From Candidatus Kapaibacterium sp. (GTDB taxonomy: Bacteria; Patescibacteriota; Patescibacteriia; UBA9934), in NCBI GenBank assembly GCA_044350705.1, contig JBILHA010000002.1:114295-178294 (forward strand): a stretch of 64,000 bases of DNA. The letters run 5' to 3'. This document shows positions 39,885-50,504 of the stretch, one piece after another. Position 1 is the stretch's first letter; each line of letters begins with the position of its first letter. Both the position numbers and the translations under genes were made by a program. Below the pieces are notes generated by a model. The model was not told the DNA's origin, did no database searches, and saw nothing but the letters and a program-made list of their open reading frames with translations.

Positions 39885-42800
39885 TTATACGTAAAATACG
39901 GCATTCTGCCCGAGAATTCCCTGGAGTTCGTCGAGCAGCACCTGTGAAGGCTTTACTTGATATTCTGTCGCAATCTTTTTCTCTTGATCTCCGGTGTTTA
40001 CTTTTAAATACACCCGCGATTCCCCGGGATATTTCCTCAGAATCTCCCGCACTTTTGCGACGGTTTCACTCGGGGGTTTTGGCGGCATTGCAAGCGTGAT
40101 TTCATACTTCGGCAGGGTAATAAATCCTTTTTCTTCTTGCGTTGGGCGCTTCGTAGGGACAGTCCCCTCCCCCTCGTCTGCCCCCGGCCAATCGCCTGCC
40201 CTCAGGCGCTGTGCGAGCCCCTGTACTTCTTCTTCTGTAAAAAAGACTACGCTGTCTGCAAGCAAAGAACGCTCTTCTTTCTCCTCCTCCCCATCTTCCC
40301 CATTGACGGTTCTCGTACGAATAGAAACTTTGCCCGTTAAAAGCGCGAACACTCCTTCATTCAGGCCAAAACGGATTTTTGCATACGTTTTTGGGAAGAC
40401 CACCGTTTCCGCAGAAGAGCTTGGATCTTCCAAACGAATAAACGCCATTGGCTCGTTCTTCTTCTTGGTAAAAATTTGCTTTACTGCTCCAATAACCCCT
40501 GCCACACGAACGACCGCACCATCTTCACCCGTCAGTGCTTCTTTGAGTGGCGTTATTCCCGCTCCCACAAAGGCCGTATGAAAAATCGTTGCGGGATGGG
40601 AAGAAACATACAATCCCAGCAATTCTTTTTCCCATGCCAACAACGTACTGGTCGAAATACGCTCCGCAGGCAGGAGTTCAAGCTTCTTTTGCGCGATCTC
40701 TCCGCCCAAGTCAAAGAGCGAGGATTGATTTCGTTGCCGCTCTTGTTGTACTTGCTTGTTGAAGTGGACGAGGTTTTCAAGATTGGTGACGAGCTGCGCA
40801 CGGTCACCAAAGCGATCAAGCGCACCACACTTCATAAGCGCCTCAAGCGTCTTTTTATTGAACGCATGAGCGCTTACGCGCCCCAAAAAATCTGCAAGAT
40901 CCAGAAAGGGGCCTTTCATCTTTCTTTCTTTCACGATTTCTTCGGCAATTTCTGCGCCCACGTTTTTGATTGCCATGAGTCCCCAGCGCACATTCTTTGT
41001 TCCCTTCACCACCGCAAAACCTGCAAAGGATTCGTTTACATCCGGCGGAAGGACCGTGAGGCCAATACGCGCACACTCTTCAACTTCAATCGTGATACGG
41101 TCAATATTTCCCGCGTCAGAGTTCATGAGTGCTGCCATGAAACACTCCGGGTAATACGCCTTCAGATATGCGGTCTGGTACGCGATCATTGCGTAACAAG
41201 CCGCATGCGACTTGTTAAAACCGTATGCGGCAAAATCTTCAAGCTTTTGGAAGATCTTTTCTGCAATTTCTTGCCTTACGCCGTTTCTCACTGAGCCATC
41301 GATGAATTTTGTTTTCATCTTTGCCATGAGTTCCGCAATTTTTTTACCCATAGCCTTACGAAGACTATCTGCTTCACCACCCGTAAATCCTGCCATGTCT
41401 TTGGAGACCTGCATCACTTGCTCTTGGTATACCGGAATGCCATACGTTTCTTTAAACGCGTTTTCCATGAGCGGGTGCTCATAGACCACCTGCTCAATGC
41501 CGTGTTTTCTCCGAATAAAGCTCTCGATAAATTGCATTGGTCCTGGTCGGTACAACGACACCATTGCAATGATATCTTCAAATTGTGATGGCTGGAGATC
41601 GCGAATATACCGCTTCATTCCGTCGGATTCGAGCTGAAACACTCCGGTTGTATCTCCACGACCAAGCAATTCAAACGTCGCCTTGTCATCCAAGGGGATC
41701 GTTTTCATGTCGATTTTCACCTTGTGAACTGCCTCAATAATTTCTAAGGTATCTTCGATGATCGTTAAGTTGGATAGACCGAGAAAGTCCATTTTTACGA
41801 GTCCTGCTGCTTCTGCGGAATTTAAAGAATACTGTGTCACCAGGGCGGTGTCCTCGTGCTGCCCAGCCTGGAGTGGGACACGCTCAACAAGCGGCTTGTC
41901 GCCAATCACGAATCCGCATGCATGCTGTGAGGCGTGGCGAGGATTCCCTTCGATCTTCATTGCTAAATCAATCACCCGGCGCGTCATGGGATTATTCTCA
42001 TACATGACTTTTAGATCGGGCGATTCTTCGATTGCTTGCTTGAGCGGTGTATGCCTTCCCTGCACGGGGGGCGGAACGGCTTTTGCGATTTCATCTGCTT
42101 CTTGAAAGCTTAACCCAAGTACACGCGCAGCATCGCGCACTGCTGCGCGCGGCATCATGGTTCCAAAGGTAATAATTCCTGCGACATGATCTGCTCCGTA
42201 CCGCTGCGTAATATACTGAAGTACCTTTCCGCGTCCTCGGTCTGCGAAGTCGGTATCAATATCTGGCATGGAGATACGATCTGGATTGAGAAAACGCTCA
42301 AAAAGAAGACCGTAGCGAAGGGGCTCGATATCCGTAATACGAAGCGCATACGCAATAATGGAGCCTGCTGCTGATCCACGGCCAGGTCCTACGAGCACGC
42401 CATTATCTTTCGCCCATGTAATGTAATCTTGCACGATTAAAAAGTACGATGAGAACCCCATGCGTACAATGGTGTTGAACTCAAAGTCAAAACGCTCCAT
42501 GACCTCCGCAGGAATAGGATCTCCATAGCGCTCTTTCAAGCCCGCGATACACATTTCGTGCAAGACATCGTTGTCGGTCTTTCCCTCAGGGAGCGGATAG
42601 ATAGGAAGAAAGTTTTTTCCAAGCTCTAAAGAAAATGTGAGGCGATCAGCAATCTTCTTGGTGTTTTCGAACGCTTCAGGAATGTCCGCAAACGCTTCCA
42701 TGATTTCTTCAGGCGTCCCAAACGACAAATCTACCTCTTCGGTGCTCGTGCGACGGAAATCTTCCAGCGTACGACTACGTTGGATGCACAGTTGCGCTTC

Positions 42801-43463
42801 ATATCCTTCCCGATCTTCTGGATCCAAATAGAAAACATTCTTTGTCGCAACAAGCGGGACATCCAGTTCTTTTGAAAGACGACGAAACGCATCATTCACA
42901 TCCACTTGCCGAGGCATGTCAGGATGGGCGATTACTTCAAGATAAAAATTTTCTTTTCCAAAAATATCTTGATACTCGGCAATAAGCTCTTTTGCTTTTC
43001 GCTCATCTCCATTGACGATCGCGAGAGGGATCTCTCCTCCTACGCTCCCCGTAAGTGCAATAAGACCCTTGCTATGCGCGCGCAGGAATGCTTTATCAAC
43101 ACGAGGCTTATAGTAGAATCCTTCTAGGAAGCCCGCGGTAAGGATCTTGGAAAGATTTCGATACCCCTCTTCATTCTCAATAAGAAGAAGGAGGCGGTAT
43201 GGCCTGTCATCAACACGAGGGCGCTTATCGGTCATGCCATGCTGCGCAACGTAAATATCGCATCCGAGAAGAGGTTTGATCTCTGCGTCTTTACACGCCT
43301 TGAAGAATTCCACCGCCCCGTACATGTTCCCGTTATCCGTGAGCGCAATTGCACTCATACCTAACTCTTTCGCTCGTTTTACGAGCGCTTTTGGCTTTGG
43401 GAGAGCTTCCAAGAGTGAATAGTGGGAGTGGGTATGCAGGTAAACGAACTCTTTAGGATCCAT
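39885..43463 (-). CDS. dnaE: DNA polymerase III alpha subunit
   Basis: PHP motif HTHSHYS, GPGRGSAAGS, MPDIDTDF, FNKSHA; no intein apparent. Confidence 0.98.
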   Translation of the reverse strand: MDPKEFVYLHTHSHYSLLEALPKPKALVKRAKELGMSAIALTDNGNMYGAVEFFKACKDAEIKPLLGCDIYVAQHGMTDKRPRVDDRPYRLLLLIENEEGYRNLSKILTAGFLEGFYYKPRVDKAFLRAHSKGLIALTGSVGGEIPLAIVNGDERKAKELIAEYQDIFGKENFYLEVIAHPDMPRQVDVNDAFRRLSKELDVPLVATKNVFYLDPEDREGYEAQLCIQRSRTLEDFRRTSTEEVDLSFGTPEEIMEAFADIPEAFENTKKIADRLTFSLELGKNFLPIYPLPEGKTDNDVLHEMCIAGLKERYGDPIPAEVMERFDFEFNTIVRMGFSSYFLIVQDYITWAKDNGVLVGPGRGSAAGSIIAYALRITDIEPLRYGLLFERFLNPDRISMPDIDTDFADRGRGKVLQYITQRYGADHVAGIITFGTMMPRAAVRDAARVLGLSFQEADEIAKAVPPPVQGRHTPLKQAIEESPDLKVMYENNPMTRRVIDLAMKIEGNPRHASQHACGFVIGDKPLVERVPLQAGQHEDTALVTQYSLNSAEAAGLVKMDFLGLSNLTIIEDTLEIIEAVHKVKIDMKTIPLDDKATFELLGRGDTTGVFQLESDGMKRYIRDLQPSQFEDIIAMVSLYRPGPMQFIESFIRRKHGIEQVVYEHPLMENAFKETYGIPVYQEQVMQVSKDMAGFTGGEADSLRKAMGKKIAELMAKMKTKFIDGSVRNGVRQEIAEKIFQKLEDFAAYGFNKSHAACYAMIAYQTAYLKAYYPECFMAALMNSDAGNIDRITIEVEECARIGLTVLPPDVNESFAGFAVVKGTKNVRWGLMAIKNVGAEIAEEIVKERKMKGPFLDLADFLGRVSAHAFNKKTLEALMKCGALDRFGDRAQLVTNLENLVHFNKQVQQERQRNQSSLFDLGGEIAQKKLELLPAERISTSTLLAWEKELLGLYVSSHPATIFHTAFVGAGITPLKEALTGEDGAVVRVAGVIGAVKQIFTKKKNEPMAFIRLEDPSSSAETVVFPKTYAKIRFGLNEGVFALLTGKVSIRTRTVNGEDGEEEKEERSLLADSVVFFTEEEVQGLAQRLRAGDWPGADEGEGTVPTKRPTQEEKGFITLPKYEITLAMPPKPPSETVAKVREILRKYPGESRVYLKVNTGDQEKKIATEYQVKPSQVLLDELQGILGQNAVFYV

Positions 43464-43539
43464 AGTTTTCTGGTTGTACGGTAACAAAAAAACGCTGTGG
43501 ACGCATCAGGGATACGTCCACAGGTTATACACATCATTT

Positions 43540-43809
43540 TTAGCCCCTATTTTTGTCACGCAGGGCCTCGATCACCTTTTTTATTCCTTCAGCAATACCC
43601 GAAACCATTGCGATATTTCCATCAAATTTTCGACGCATGCTGACAAGAGAATCCTCGAGGCTTATTACTCGTGCGCGCATTTCATCGACCAGCCCATGAA
43701 TACGCTTCATGAGTACCGCCGCCTGATACAGGACAAAGCAGAGAAACAGCGTAAACCAGAGCACGCAAAGCGCCAGAACGATATAGAGGATATCAAGATA
43801 GTCGAGCAT
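43540..43809 (-). CDS. Small TM plus coiled-coil protein (DUF948-like)
   Basis: N-terminal TM followed by an amphipathic helix. Confidence 0.6.
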   Translation of the reverse strand: MLDYLDILYIVLALCVLWFTLFLCFVLYQAAVLMKRIHGLVDEMRARVISLEDSLVSMRRKFDGNIAMVSGIAEGIKKVIEALRDKNRG

Positions 43810-43834
43810 AGATCACCTTTATCATACACTACCC

Positions 43835-46243
43835 CTATCGCACTTCTGCTCCGCAGCGCACTTGAAGAGCTTCAATGCATCCTCGAAGCACGTTTTCAAT
43901 CTCTTCTGACGTGAGTGTTCTGTCAGGAGCACCGAGAGAAAGTGTATAGGTGACACTCTTCTTTCCCGCGGGAATTCCCTCTCCTCGGTAGATATCGTGG
44001 AGGTTAATACCGCGAATAAACTCGCCCTTTTCCATTGCTTTGATCATTTCTTCATGCGTCACTGATTCGGCAACGAGCACCGAAATATCACGTTCTGAGC
44101 CTTGATATTCAGGGACCGGAACATAGCTTCTGCGCTCCTTTGCATTTACGAGCAGGCGCTCCAGATCGAGCGACAGGAACATGACCGGACGTAAAAGACC
44201 AAACGCCTCTTGGCGCGCTGCGCTTGTTTGTCCAAGAAGCCCAATCTGTACCTCTTCATTCCCTAGTCGGGCAAGAACTTTTGCCGTTCTTCCTGGATGC
44301 CATCCTGCTTGCGTTTCCTCTCGTTCAAGACGATAGGTAATGCCCATGCCTCGCATATTTGCCCCAAGCATCGCGCGTACCCGGCGGTACGACTCTTCAC
44401 CATCTGTTACCCCGTATACCCCTGCTACCAGCGCCAAGCGCTCTTCAGGAAGATCATTTTCTCGAGGAATGTAGACACGCGCAATCTCGAATACTTCCCC
44501 CGTAGGCGTATGAGGTGCATTCAATGCGCAATCGCGCAAGAAACTCGGCATGAGCGAGGGGCGCATGTAGCCTAATTCTTCGGAAAGCGGATTCCATACA
44601 CGGACCGTTTCCGCAGGAGAAATTCCCGCCTTTTCCAAATCCCGCGCATCGATAAATGAGTACCCGAAGAATTCCGTAAGCCCCTCGCTCGCAAGAACGC
44701 GTTTCAGACGCATTTCCCATGAGAGTGATGCGTCGTCAGGAGTTGTAGGCGGAGCTCCAACAGGAAGTGTTGCAGGCATCAAGTGATAGCCGTACATGCG
44801 CGCCACCTCTTCGGTAAGATCTACCTCTTCCTCGATGTCATGAGCACGCCAAAATGGAATGAGGGCTGTTACTTTTTTCCCTGCCTTCTCCAGCGCAAAT
44901 CCAAGCCGCGTCAGCAGTTCTTCAATTTTCTCATCAGGAATATCTACACCAATACGTGCGCGGATCTTTTGAGGACGTACAGGAAAACGAAGCATCATTT
45001 CTGGCTTCTCGTAAACATCAGTTACCCCTGCCAACGTTCCTCCAGCAAGCTCTGTTGTTAAGCGCACTGCATACGCAAGCGCTGCAGGAAGCGCCTCTGG
45101 GGAAAGGCCTTTTTCAAAAATCAGCTGAGAGTCAGAATAGAGATTGAGCGCGCGGGATGTTTTGCGCACGGACACTCCATCAAACGTTGCCGTCTCAAAG
45201 ATAATACTCGTTGTCTTTTCGGTTGTTCCGCTTTCCAGGCCTCCCATTACCCCTGCAATGGCCAAGGGTTTCTCTGCATCGGCGATCACCAAATTTGTCG
45301 GCTGGAGATCGTACGTCTTGCCATCTAACGCAACGAGCTTTTCTCCTTTTTTCGCTTTTCGCACGATAATCTCATCTTTTACTTGAGATGCATCAAAGGT
45401 ATGCATTGGCTGACCGAATTCTTGCAGAACGAGGTTCGTAATATCTACGATGATATTAATCGGCCGATGCCCTGAAAGAAGCAGTTTTTTCTGCAGCCAC
45501 CAAGGAGAAGGTCCCACTTTGACTCCATCGATACGAGCTGCCATGTAACGAGAGCAAAGCTTCTTATCTGCAATGCTCACTTTTGGACCTTGTGCAGCGC
45601 CTTCCAAGAATTTCTTTGCCGCATCTGCAAGCCACAGCTCGTGAGGTACAAAGGATGCCTGCACAGAAGCCGCACCTTCTCGTGCAAGACCAAGAATACC
45701 CATGCAGTCAGGGCGATTGGTAGTGATTTCAATATCAAATACCACATCATCCAAATCGAGTGCCTCTGCTAATGGAGTTCCTGCCGGAGATTGCGTGAGC
45801 GCGGTAATGTCCCAAATTTCCTTTTCTCCTGCGGCGATTTTCTCAAATCCAATTTCTGCAGCCGCACAAATCATGCCAATACTCTTCACTCCGCGTATTT
45901 CTGTTTCTTGTAGCTCAATAAGATCGCCCTCTCCATGCCAGCGAACCTTTGCTCCGGGAAGTGCTACCACTACCTTTTGAGAAACTTCTAAATTACTTCC
46001 TCCGCACACAATATCTACCACTCTTTCACCTACATCAGTTTTTGCAATACGAAGCTTATTCGCGTTGGGATGTGCAACGATTTCTTTAATTTCTCCTACA
46101 ACAATATGTGCAAAGCGATCCCGAAGGACGTCGATGTGCTCGACAGACATCGAACGAAGACTGAGCTCTTGTGCAAAGACCTCTGGAGATACTTCTGCTT
46201 TACAGTATTCCTTAATCCACGAATAGGAAGCTAAAATATTCAT
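43835..46243 (-). CDS. pheT: Phenylalanine--tRNA ligase beta subunit
   Basis: HPNANKL, TTNRPDC, GQPMHTFD, FDX-ACB C-terminal domain. Confidence 0.97.
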   Translation of the reverse strand: MNILASYSWIKEYCKAEVSPEVFAQELSLRSMSVEHIDVLRDRFAHIVVGEIKEIVAHPNANKLRIAKTDVGERVVDIVCGGSNLEVSQKVVVALPGAKVRWHGEGDLIELQETEIRGVKSIGMICAAAEIGFEKIAAGEKEIWDITALTQSPAGTPLAEALDLDDVVFDIEITTNRPDCMGILGLAREGAASVQASFVPHELWLADAAKKFLEGAAQGPKVSIADKKLCSRYMAARIDGVKVGPSPWWLQKKLLLSGHRPINIIVDITNLVLQEFGQPMHTFDASQVKDEIIVRKAKKGEKLVALDGKTYDLQPTNLVIADAEKPLAIAGVMGGLESGTTEKTTSIIFETATFDGVSVRKTSRALNLYSDSQLIFEKGLSPEALPAALAYAVRLTTELAGGTLAGVTDVYEKPEMMLRFPVRPQKIRARIGVDIPDEKIEELLTRLGFALEKAGKKVTALIPFWRAHDIEEEVDLTEEVARMYGYHLMPATLPVGAPPTTPDDASLSWEMRLKRVLASEGLTEFFGYSFIDARDLEKAGISPAETVRVWNPLSEELGYMRPSLMPSFLRDCALNAPHTPTGEVFEIARVYIPRENDLPEERLALVAGVYGVTDGEESYRRVRAMLGANMRGMGITYRLEREETQAGWHPGRTAKVLARLGNEEVQIGLLGQTSAARQEAFGLLRPVMFLSLDLERLLVNAKERRSYVPVPEYQGSERDISVLVAESVTHEEMIKAMEKGEFIRGINLHDIYRGEGIPAGKKSVTYTLSLGAPDRTLTSEEIENVLRGCIEALQVRCGAEVR

Positions 46244-46253
46244 ACATCAACTC

Positions 46254-47333
46254 TTAGAACTGCTTGAGGAAACGAAGATCGTTTCTATATAACACCCGGA
46301 TATCATCCAAATTCACGCCGCTCTTCATCATGAGCGTGCGCTCCAAGCCCCAACCAAATGCAAATCCGTTGTATTTCTTCGGATCAAGGCCTCCTGCTTT
46401 GAGTACATTTGGATGCACCATACCCGCGCCCCCGAGTTCAAGCCATCCTGCTTTGCAGAGTTTGCACTTTGCTCCGGCCTTCGTTTTTCCCGTTCCCTTG
46501 CACACGATGCATGAAATATCGAGCTCAAAGCTTGGCTCAGTGAAACGAAAATGAAACGGGCGGAGGCGTGTTTTTGTTTCTGGACCAAAGAATCGCTTCA
46601 CGAAAAAGTCGAATACTCCTCGCAATTCAGCGATCGTTACTTTCTCATCAATCATCAGCCCTTCGAATTGATGGAACATAGGGAGGTGACGCGCACTCAC
46701 CTGACGGCGATAGCACTTCCCAATGGAAATCATGCGAATGGGCATGTTTCCCTTGAGCATTTCACGGACCTGTCCATTGCTCGTGTGGGGCGTGAGCACT
46801 ACCTTTCCTTGGGTACCGGTAAAAATCTTTCCCCTTCCGTCGTCCACAAAAAAGGTCTCCCACTCGTCCCGCGCAGGGTGCTCCTTTGGCATGTTGAGAG
46901 ACTCGAACGCGAAATAATCCCAATCTATTTCTGGGTGACGAGCGCGAGCAAAACCAAGCTTGGAAAAGATAGCGCAGATTTCTTCAATTGCTTGTGAGGT
47001 AAGGTGAAGATGTCCTGCGTTGCGCCCCGCAGGAGGAAGGGTGATATCAATACGCTCTTTCTCTCCTGCTTCTGCAGCTTCTTTTGCCTGCAGCCTCGCA
47101 ACTGCCGCCTGCCACGCTCCTTCAAGGGCCATTTTTACCTCATTTGCTTTTGGACCAGCGGCACGCTTTTCCTCCTGAGAAAGCGAAGGGAGCACCTGCA
47201 TACATTCTGCAAGCTTTCCTTTGCGACCTAGGTAAGAAATACGGAGAGATTCAACGGTTTCCGGGTCCTGAGCTTCCTGAAAAGCGGATACTCCTGACTG
47301 AATAAGTGCTTCGAGATCTTGAAGAAGTTGCAT
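46254..47333 (-). CDS. pheS: Phenylalanine--tRNA ligase alpha subunit
   Basis: HPARD, HTS, FHQFEG, FTEPS, GFAFGWGLER. Confidence 0.97.
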   Translation of the reverse strand: MQLLQDLEALIQSGVSAFQEAQDPETVESLRISYLGRKGKLAECMQVLPSLSQEEKRAAGPKANEVKMALEGAWQAAVARLQAKEAAEAGEKERIDITLPPAGRNAGHLHLTSQAIEEICAIFSKLGFARARHPEIDWDYFAFESLNMPKEHPARDEWETFFVDDGRGKIFTGTQGKVVLTPHTSNGQVREMLKGNMPIRMISIGKCYRRQVSARHLPMFHQFEGLMIDEKVTIAELRGVFDFFVKRFFGPETKTRLRPFHFRFTEPSFELDISCIVCKGTGKTKAGAKCKLCKAGWLELGGAGMVHPNVLKAGGLDPKKYNGFAFGWGLERTLMMKSGVNLDDIRVLYRNDLRFLKQF

Positions 47334-47334
47334 A

Positions 47335-48423
47335 TTAGCTTCCTAGGCGGACGATATCTTGATACGTAACGAATAGCACAAGAAGGAGCAAAAGCGCAAA
47401 ACCTATTCCATGCACACTCTGCTCAAAGCGAGCAGTAAGAGGCTTTCTCCGCACTGCTTCTATGAAGAGGAAGAGGATGCGCCCTCCATCGAGCGCAGGG
47501 AATGGCAAGATGTTCAATACTGCGAGGTTTACAGAAAGCATAGCCGCGAATTGCACCATGTGAATTGCGCCCAAATCAAGCACCTGTCCGGTAAGTGAGG
47601 CGATTCCTACAGGTCCCGAAAGCTGAGCGATCACCTCCTCTTGAGAGAAAATACCCGTTAACAATCCCCAAAATCCTCCTACTACTGCAACCGTCATGCC
47701 CGCAGTCGTTTGAGCCCCTACGAGGGGGGCCTGGTACCAGGGATACCGTACGATTCCCGTCTCTACCAAAGCAATTCCCACCCCTTCCTTCTCCAGTTCC
47801 TCAATATAGGCCGGGTTCACTTCAGCAGTTACTTCTTCTCCTGCACGCTCAAGGGTAAATACCAAGGGAGATCCGTCCTCGTTTGGCGCGAGCGCTTCTC
47901 GCGCTGCTTCTCCTGAGGTGAATTCCTCTCCATCAATCGCTACCACTTCATCTCCCGGAAGCATGCCTGCTGCTTCCGCGGGAGACTCCTTCAGCACTTC
48001 AACAATGCTTATCGTTCTCTCTGAAATCAGCGACTCATCCACGGGAGACCCCTCCAGGAGGGAAGGCAGTCCAATAGCAAAGCCGAGGGAGAAAAGCGCC
48101 CATGCAGCGACCATATTCATGACGACCCCTCCTACGAGCACGCCAAAACGCCAAGGGATGCTTTTCGTTGCAAACGCCCCTGGAGAAAATCGCTCTTTCT
48201 CATCACCTCCCTCTCCCTTGATACGTACAAATCCTCCGAGAGGAATGGCGTTTATTGACCACAACGTGCCGCGCTTATCTTTTTTTCCTATTAACTTCGG
48301 AGGAAAACCGATGCCAAATTCCTCTACCGTCATCCCTGCCCAACGTGCCATAAAATAATGGCCCGCTTCATGCACAAGAACGAGGATGGAAAGAATAAGG
48401 ATAAACACGAGAATGGTAAGCAT
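47335..48423 (-). CDS. rseP: Site-2 protease RseP
   Basis: HEAGH, PDZ domain, NILPFPALDGG. Confidence 0.95.
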   Translation of the reverse strand: MLTILVFILILSILVLVHEAGHYFMARWAGMTVEEFGIGFPPKLIGKKDKRGTLWSINAIPLGGFVRIKGEGGDEKERFSPGAFATKSIPWRFGVLVGGVVMNMVAAWALFSLGFAIGLPSLLEGSPVDESLISERTISIVEVLKESPAEAAGMLPGDEVVAIDGEEFTSGEAAREALAPNEDGSPLVFTLERAGEEVTAEVNPAYIEELEKEGVGIALVETGIVRYPWYQAPLVGAQTTAGMTVAVVGGFWGLLTGIFSQEEVIAQLSGPVGIASLTGQVLDLGAIHMVQFAAMLSVNLAVLNILPFPALDGGRILFLFIEAVRRKPLTARFEQSVHGIGFALLLLLVLFVTYQDIVRLGS

Positions 48424-48432
48424 AGAAATAAT

Positions 48433-48501
48433 CGTCATGCCGGACGCGATCCGGCATCCAAGGTTTTAAGATTCTGGATTCCAGTCCTCGCTGGAATGAC
48501 G
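48433..48501. repeat. REP-like double-hairpin palindromic element
   Basis: CGTCAT-GCCGGA..TCCGGC-ATCCA...TGGAT-TCCAG..CTGGA-ATGACG. Confidence 0.7.
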
Positions 48502-48531
48502 GTGACTCATCTATTGTATCTGAATTCGTTC

Positions 48532-49758
48532 CTAACTTAAAACTGCTGCTTTAAACTGATCACCACGATCTTTGTAGTTTTGGAACATTCCGAAACTTGC
48601 ACACGCAGGTGAGAGTACCACCACCCCTCCTTTTTCCGCAGCACCTCTTGCCTGCTCTACCGCTTCACGCATGGTAGTCGCTCCTTCATAGATCACCGCC
48701 TTTGCTTCGGCCTTGTGAAGCGCTTCTTTTATTTTTTCTGCGGTTTGCCCAAGAAGCACAATGGATTTCACCTGCGATGCGCTTGCAATCTTTTTTCCGA
48801 GTTCGGTAAAGTCTGCGCCTTTATCACTTCCTCCCAACATGAGCACCATGGGCTCTTTGAAGGCATCAATTGCCGCCATCGCGGTGTCAGGCGTGGTGGA
48901 AATAGAATCATCGTAGAAGGTAACTCCTTCTCTCCTTCCTACTTCTTCTAGACGATGTTCGAGGCCTTTAAATGCTTTTGCTACCTGAATGATTATTTCT
49001 TCTGACACCCCTACCGCTCGAGCCGCCTCCGCTGCAGCAGCAAAATTCTCCCTATTGTGATCTCCACGTAAACGTCCTTCATGGTTCCAATCTGATCGTC
49101 GTACAGCAATCTTCTTTCCTTCACCCAACGTTCCAATCCGCACACTCTGCGGGTACTGATCATTATAAATAGAAATGTCATCCGGTCCTTGAAAACGGGC
49201 AATGGCCGACTTCGCGAGCACATATTCCTCGAGATCTTGATGCCAGTCGAGGTGATCTGAGGTTACCATGAGCGTTACGGCAATATGCGGAGAAGCGTGG
49301 AGATCTACGAGTTGGAAGCTCGACATCTCAAGCACCACCCAAGAATCAGCTGAGATCTTTTCAAAATCCTCAAAAATTCCTTTCCCAATATTCCCCCCCA
49401 AAAAGACATCTTTTCCTGCTGCTTTCAAGATTTGATAGATGAGACTACTCGTCGTCCCCTTCCCCTTTGTACCCGTCACGCCAATGATGTTTTTTGTTGG
49501 GGTTTCATCAAAGAATATTTTCATCTTTGACGTAACAACGGTCCCCGCTTTTTCTGCAGAAACGATTTCATCACGGTATCGATACACCCCTGGTGAGCGG
49601 ACGAGAACATCAAACGAGGAAAGATTTTTAAAGGCGTTGGGATCTTCTTTTTCATTGAGAATAGTGAGCTCTGCGCCTTGTGCACGGAGCCATCCTTCCA
49701 CATCTTGCACATCAATGCCGTACCCTAGTAGGGCTACTTTTTTTCCGTTCCAGTTCAT
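48532..49758 (-). CDS. murD: UDP-MurNAc-L-Ala--D-Glu ligase
   Basis: TGTKGKGTT, GGNIG, EMSSFQL, LEHRLE, LSPACASF. Confidence 0.95.
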   Translation of the reverse strand: MNWNGKKVALLGYGIDVQDVEGWLRAQGAELTILNEKEDPNAFKNLSSFDVLVRSPGVYRYRDEIVSAEKAGTVVTSKMKIFFDETPTKNIIGVTGTKGKGTTSSLIYQILKAAGKDVFLGGNIGKGIFEDFEKISADSWVVLEMSSFQLVDLHASPHIAVTLMVTSDHLDWHQDLEEYVLAKSAIARFQGPDDISIYNDQYPQSVRIGTLGEGKKIAVRRSDWNHEGRLRGDHNRENFAAAAEAARAVGVSEEIIIQVAKAFKGLEHRLEEVGRREGVTFYDDSISTTPDTAMAAIDAFKEPMVLMLGGSDKGADFTELGKKIASASQVKSIVLLGQTAEKIKEALHKAEAKAVIYEGATTMREAVEQARGAAEKGGVVVLSPACASFGMFQNYKDRGDQFKAAVLS

Positions 49759-50501
49759 ACAATGGCTCGCTCAATGATTACTTTTTTTCCTAAAATCATG
49801 CTTCCCAGTTCTTGGTAGCGAGAAGTGAGATCGGTGATAAAAAACTGGTCCGCTTTCTTTCCTGCGCTCACCTGTAACTCCTTGACTACCGCTTCCCCAC
49901 AATGGATGAGCGTTACTTTTGGCCCTACAATCTTTTGTATGACCTCCGCGAGCAACGGATAGTGTGTGCAGCCGAGAATGAGCGTATCTATTTCCTTCTC
50001 TTTTACAAATCCAAGATACCGTTCTGCGAGCAGTTCAATAATCTTCCCTTCAAACTCTCCTTCCTCAACAAAAGGTACAAAAAGTGGACATGCTTGCTCG
50101 GTTACCTCGTATCCTTCCAGATGGGTCTTGTACGCATGGGATCCGATAGTCGCACGAGTTCCGATCACGCCAATTTTCTTGTTTCGCGTTGCCTGTTTTG
50201 CTTCTGCGACCGCAGGAAGAATCATTTCATATACCGGAATATGTACACGCTTTTTGATTTCATCAGCCGCAAGCGCTGAAACGGTATTACAGGCGATGAC
50301 GATTGCATCCACTTCACATTGCTCTAAAAAACGAACGCTCTCAAGGGCAAATTGCGTGATGACTTCTTTTCCTCGGGGACCATAGGGCACCCGCGCAGTA
50401 TCTCCCAAATAGACAATGGAGCAGTCAGGAAATTGCTTTTTAATTTCTTTTACTACGGTAAGTCCGCCAAGGCCAGAATCGAAAACACCAAGAGTAGACA
50501 T
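49755..50501 (-). CDS. murI: Glutamate racemase
   Basis: FDSGLGG, ACNT, GCTHY. Confidence 0.96.
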   Translation of the reverse strand: MSTLGVFDSGLGGLTVVKEIKKQFPDCSIVYLGDTARVPYGPRGKEVITQFALESVRFLEQCEVDAIVIACNTVSALAADEIKKRVHIPVYEMILPAVAEAKQATRNKKIGVIGTRATIGSHAYKTHLEGYEVTEQACPLFVPFVEEGEFEGKIIELLAERYLGFVKEKEIDTLILGCTHYPLLAEVIQKIVGPKVTLIHCGEAVVKELQVSAGKKADQFFITDLTSRYQELGSMILGKKVIIERAIV

Positions 50502-50504
50502 ACC

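Noticed and set aside
39885-43463. Inteins or introns in dnaE (gyrB and thyA also checked)
   Set aside because: Lengths and motif spacing are normal, and no splicing motifs were seen
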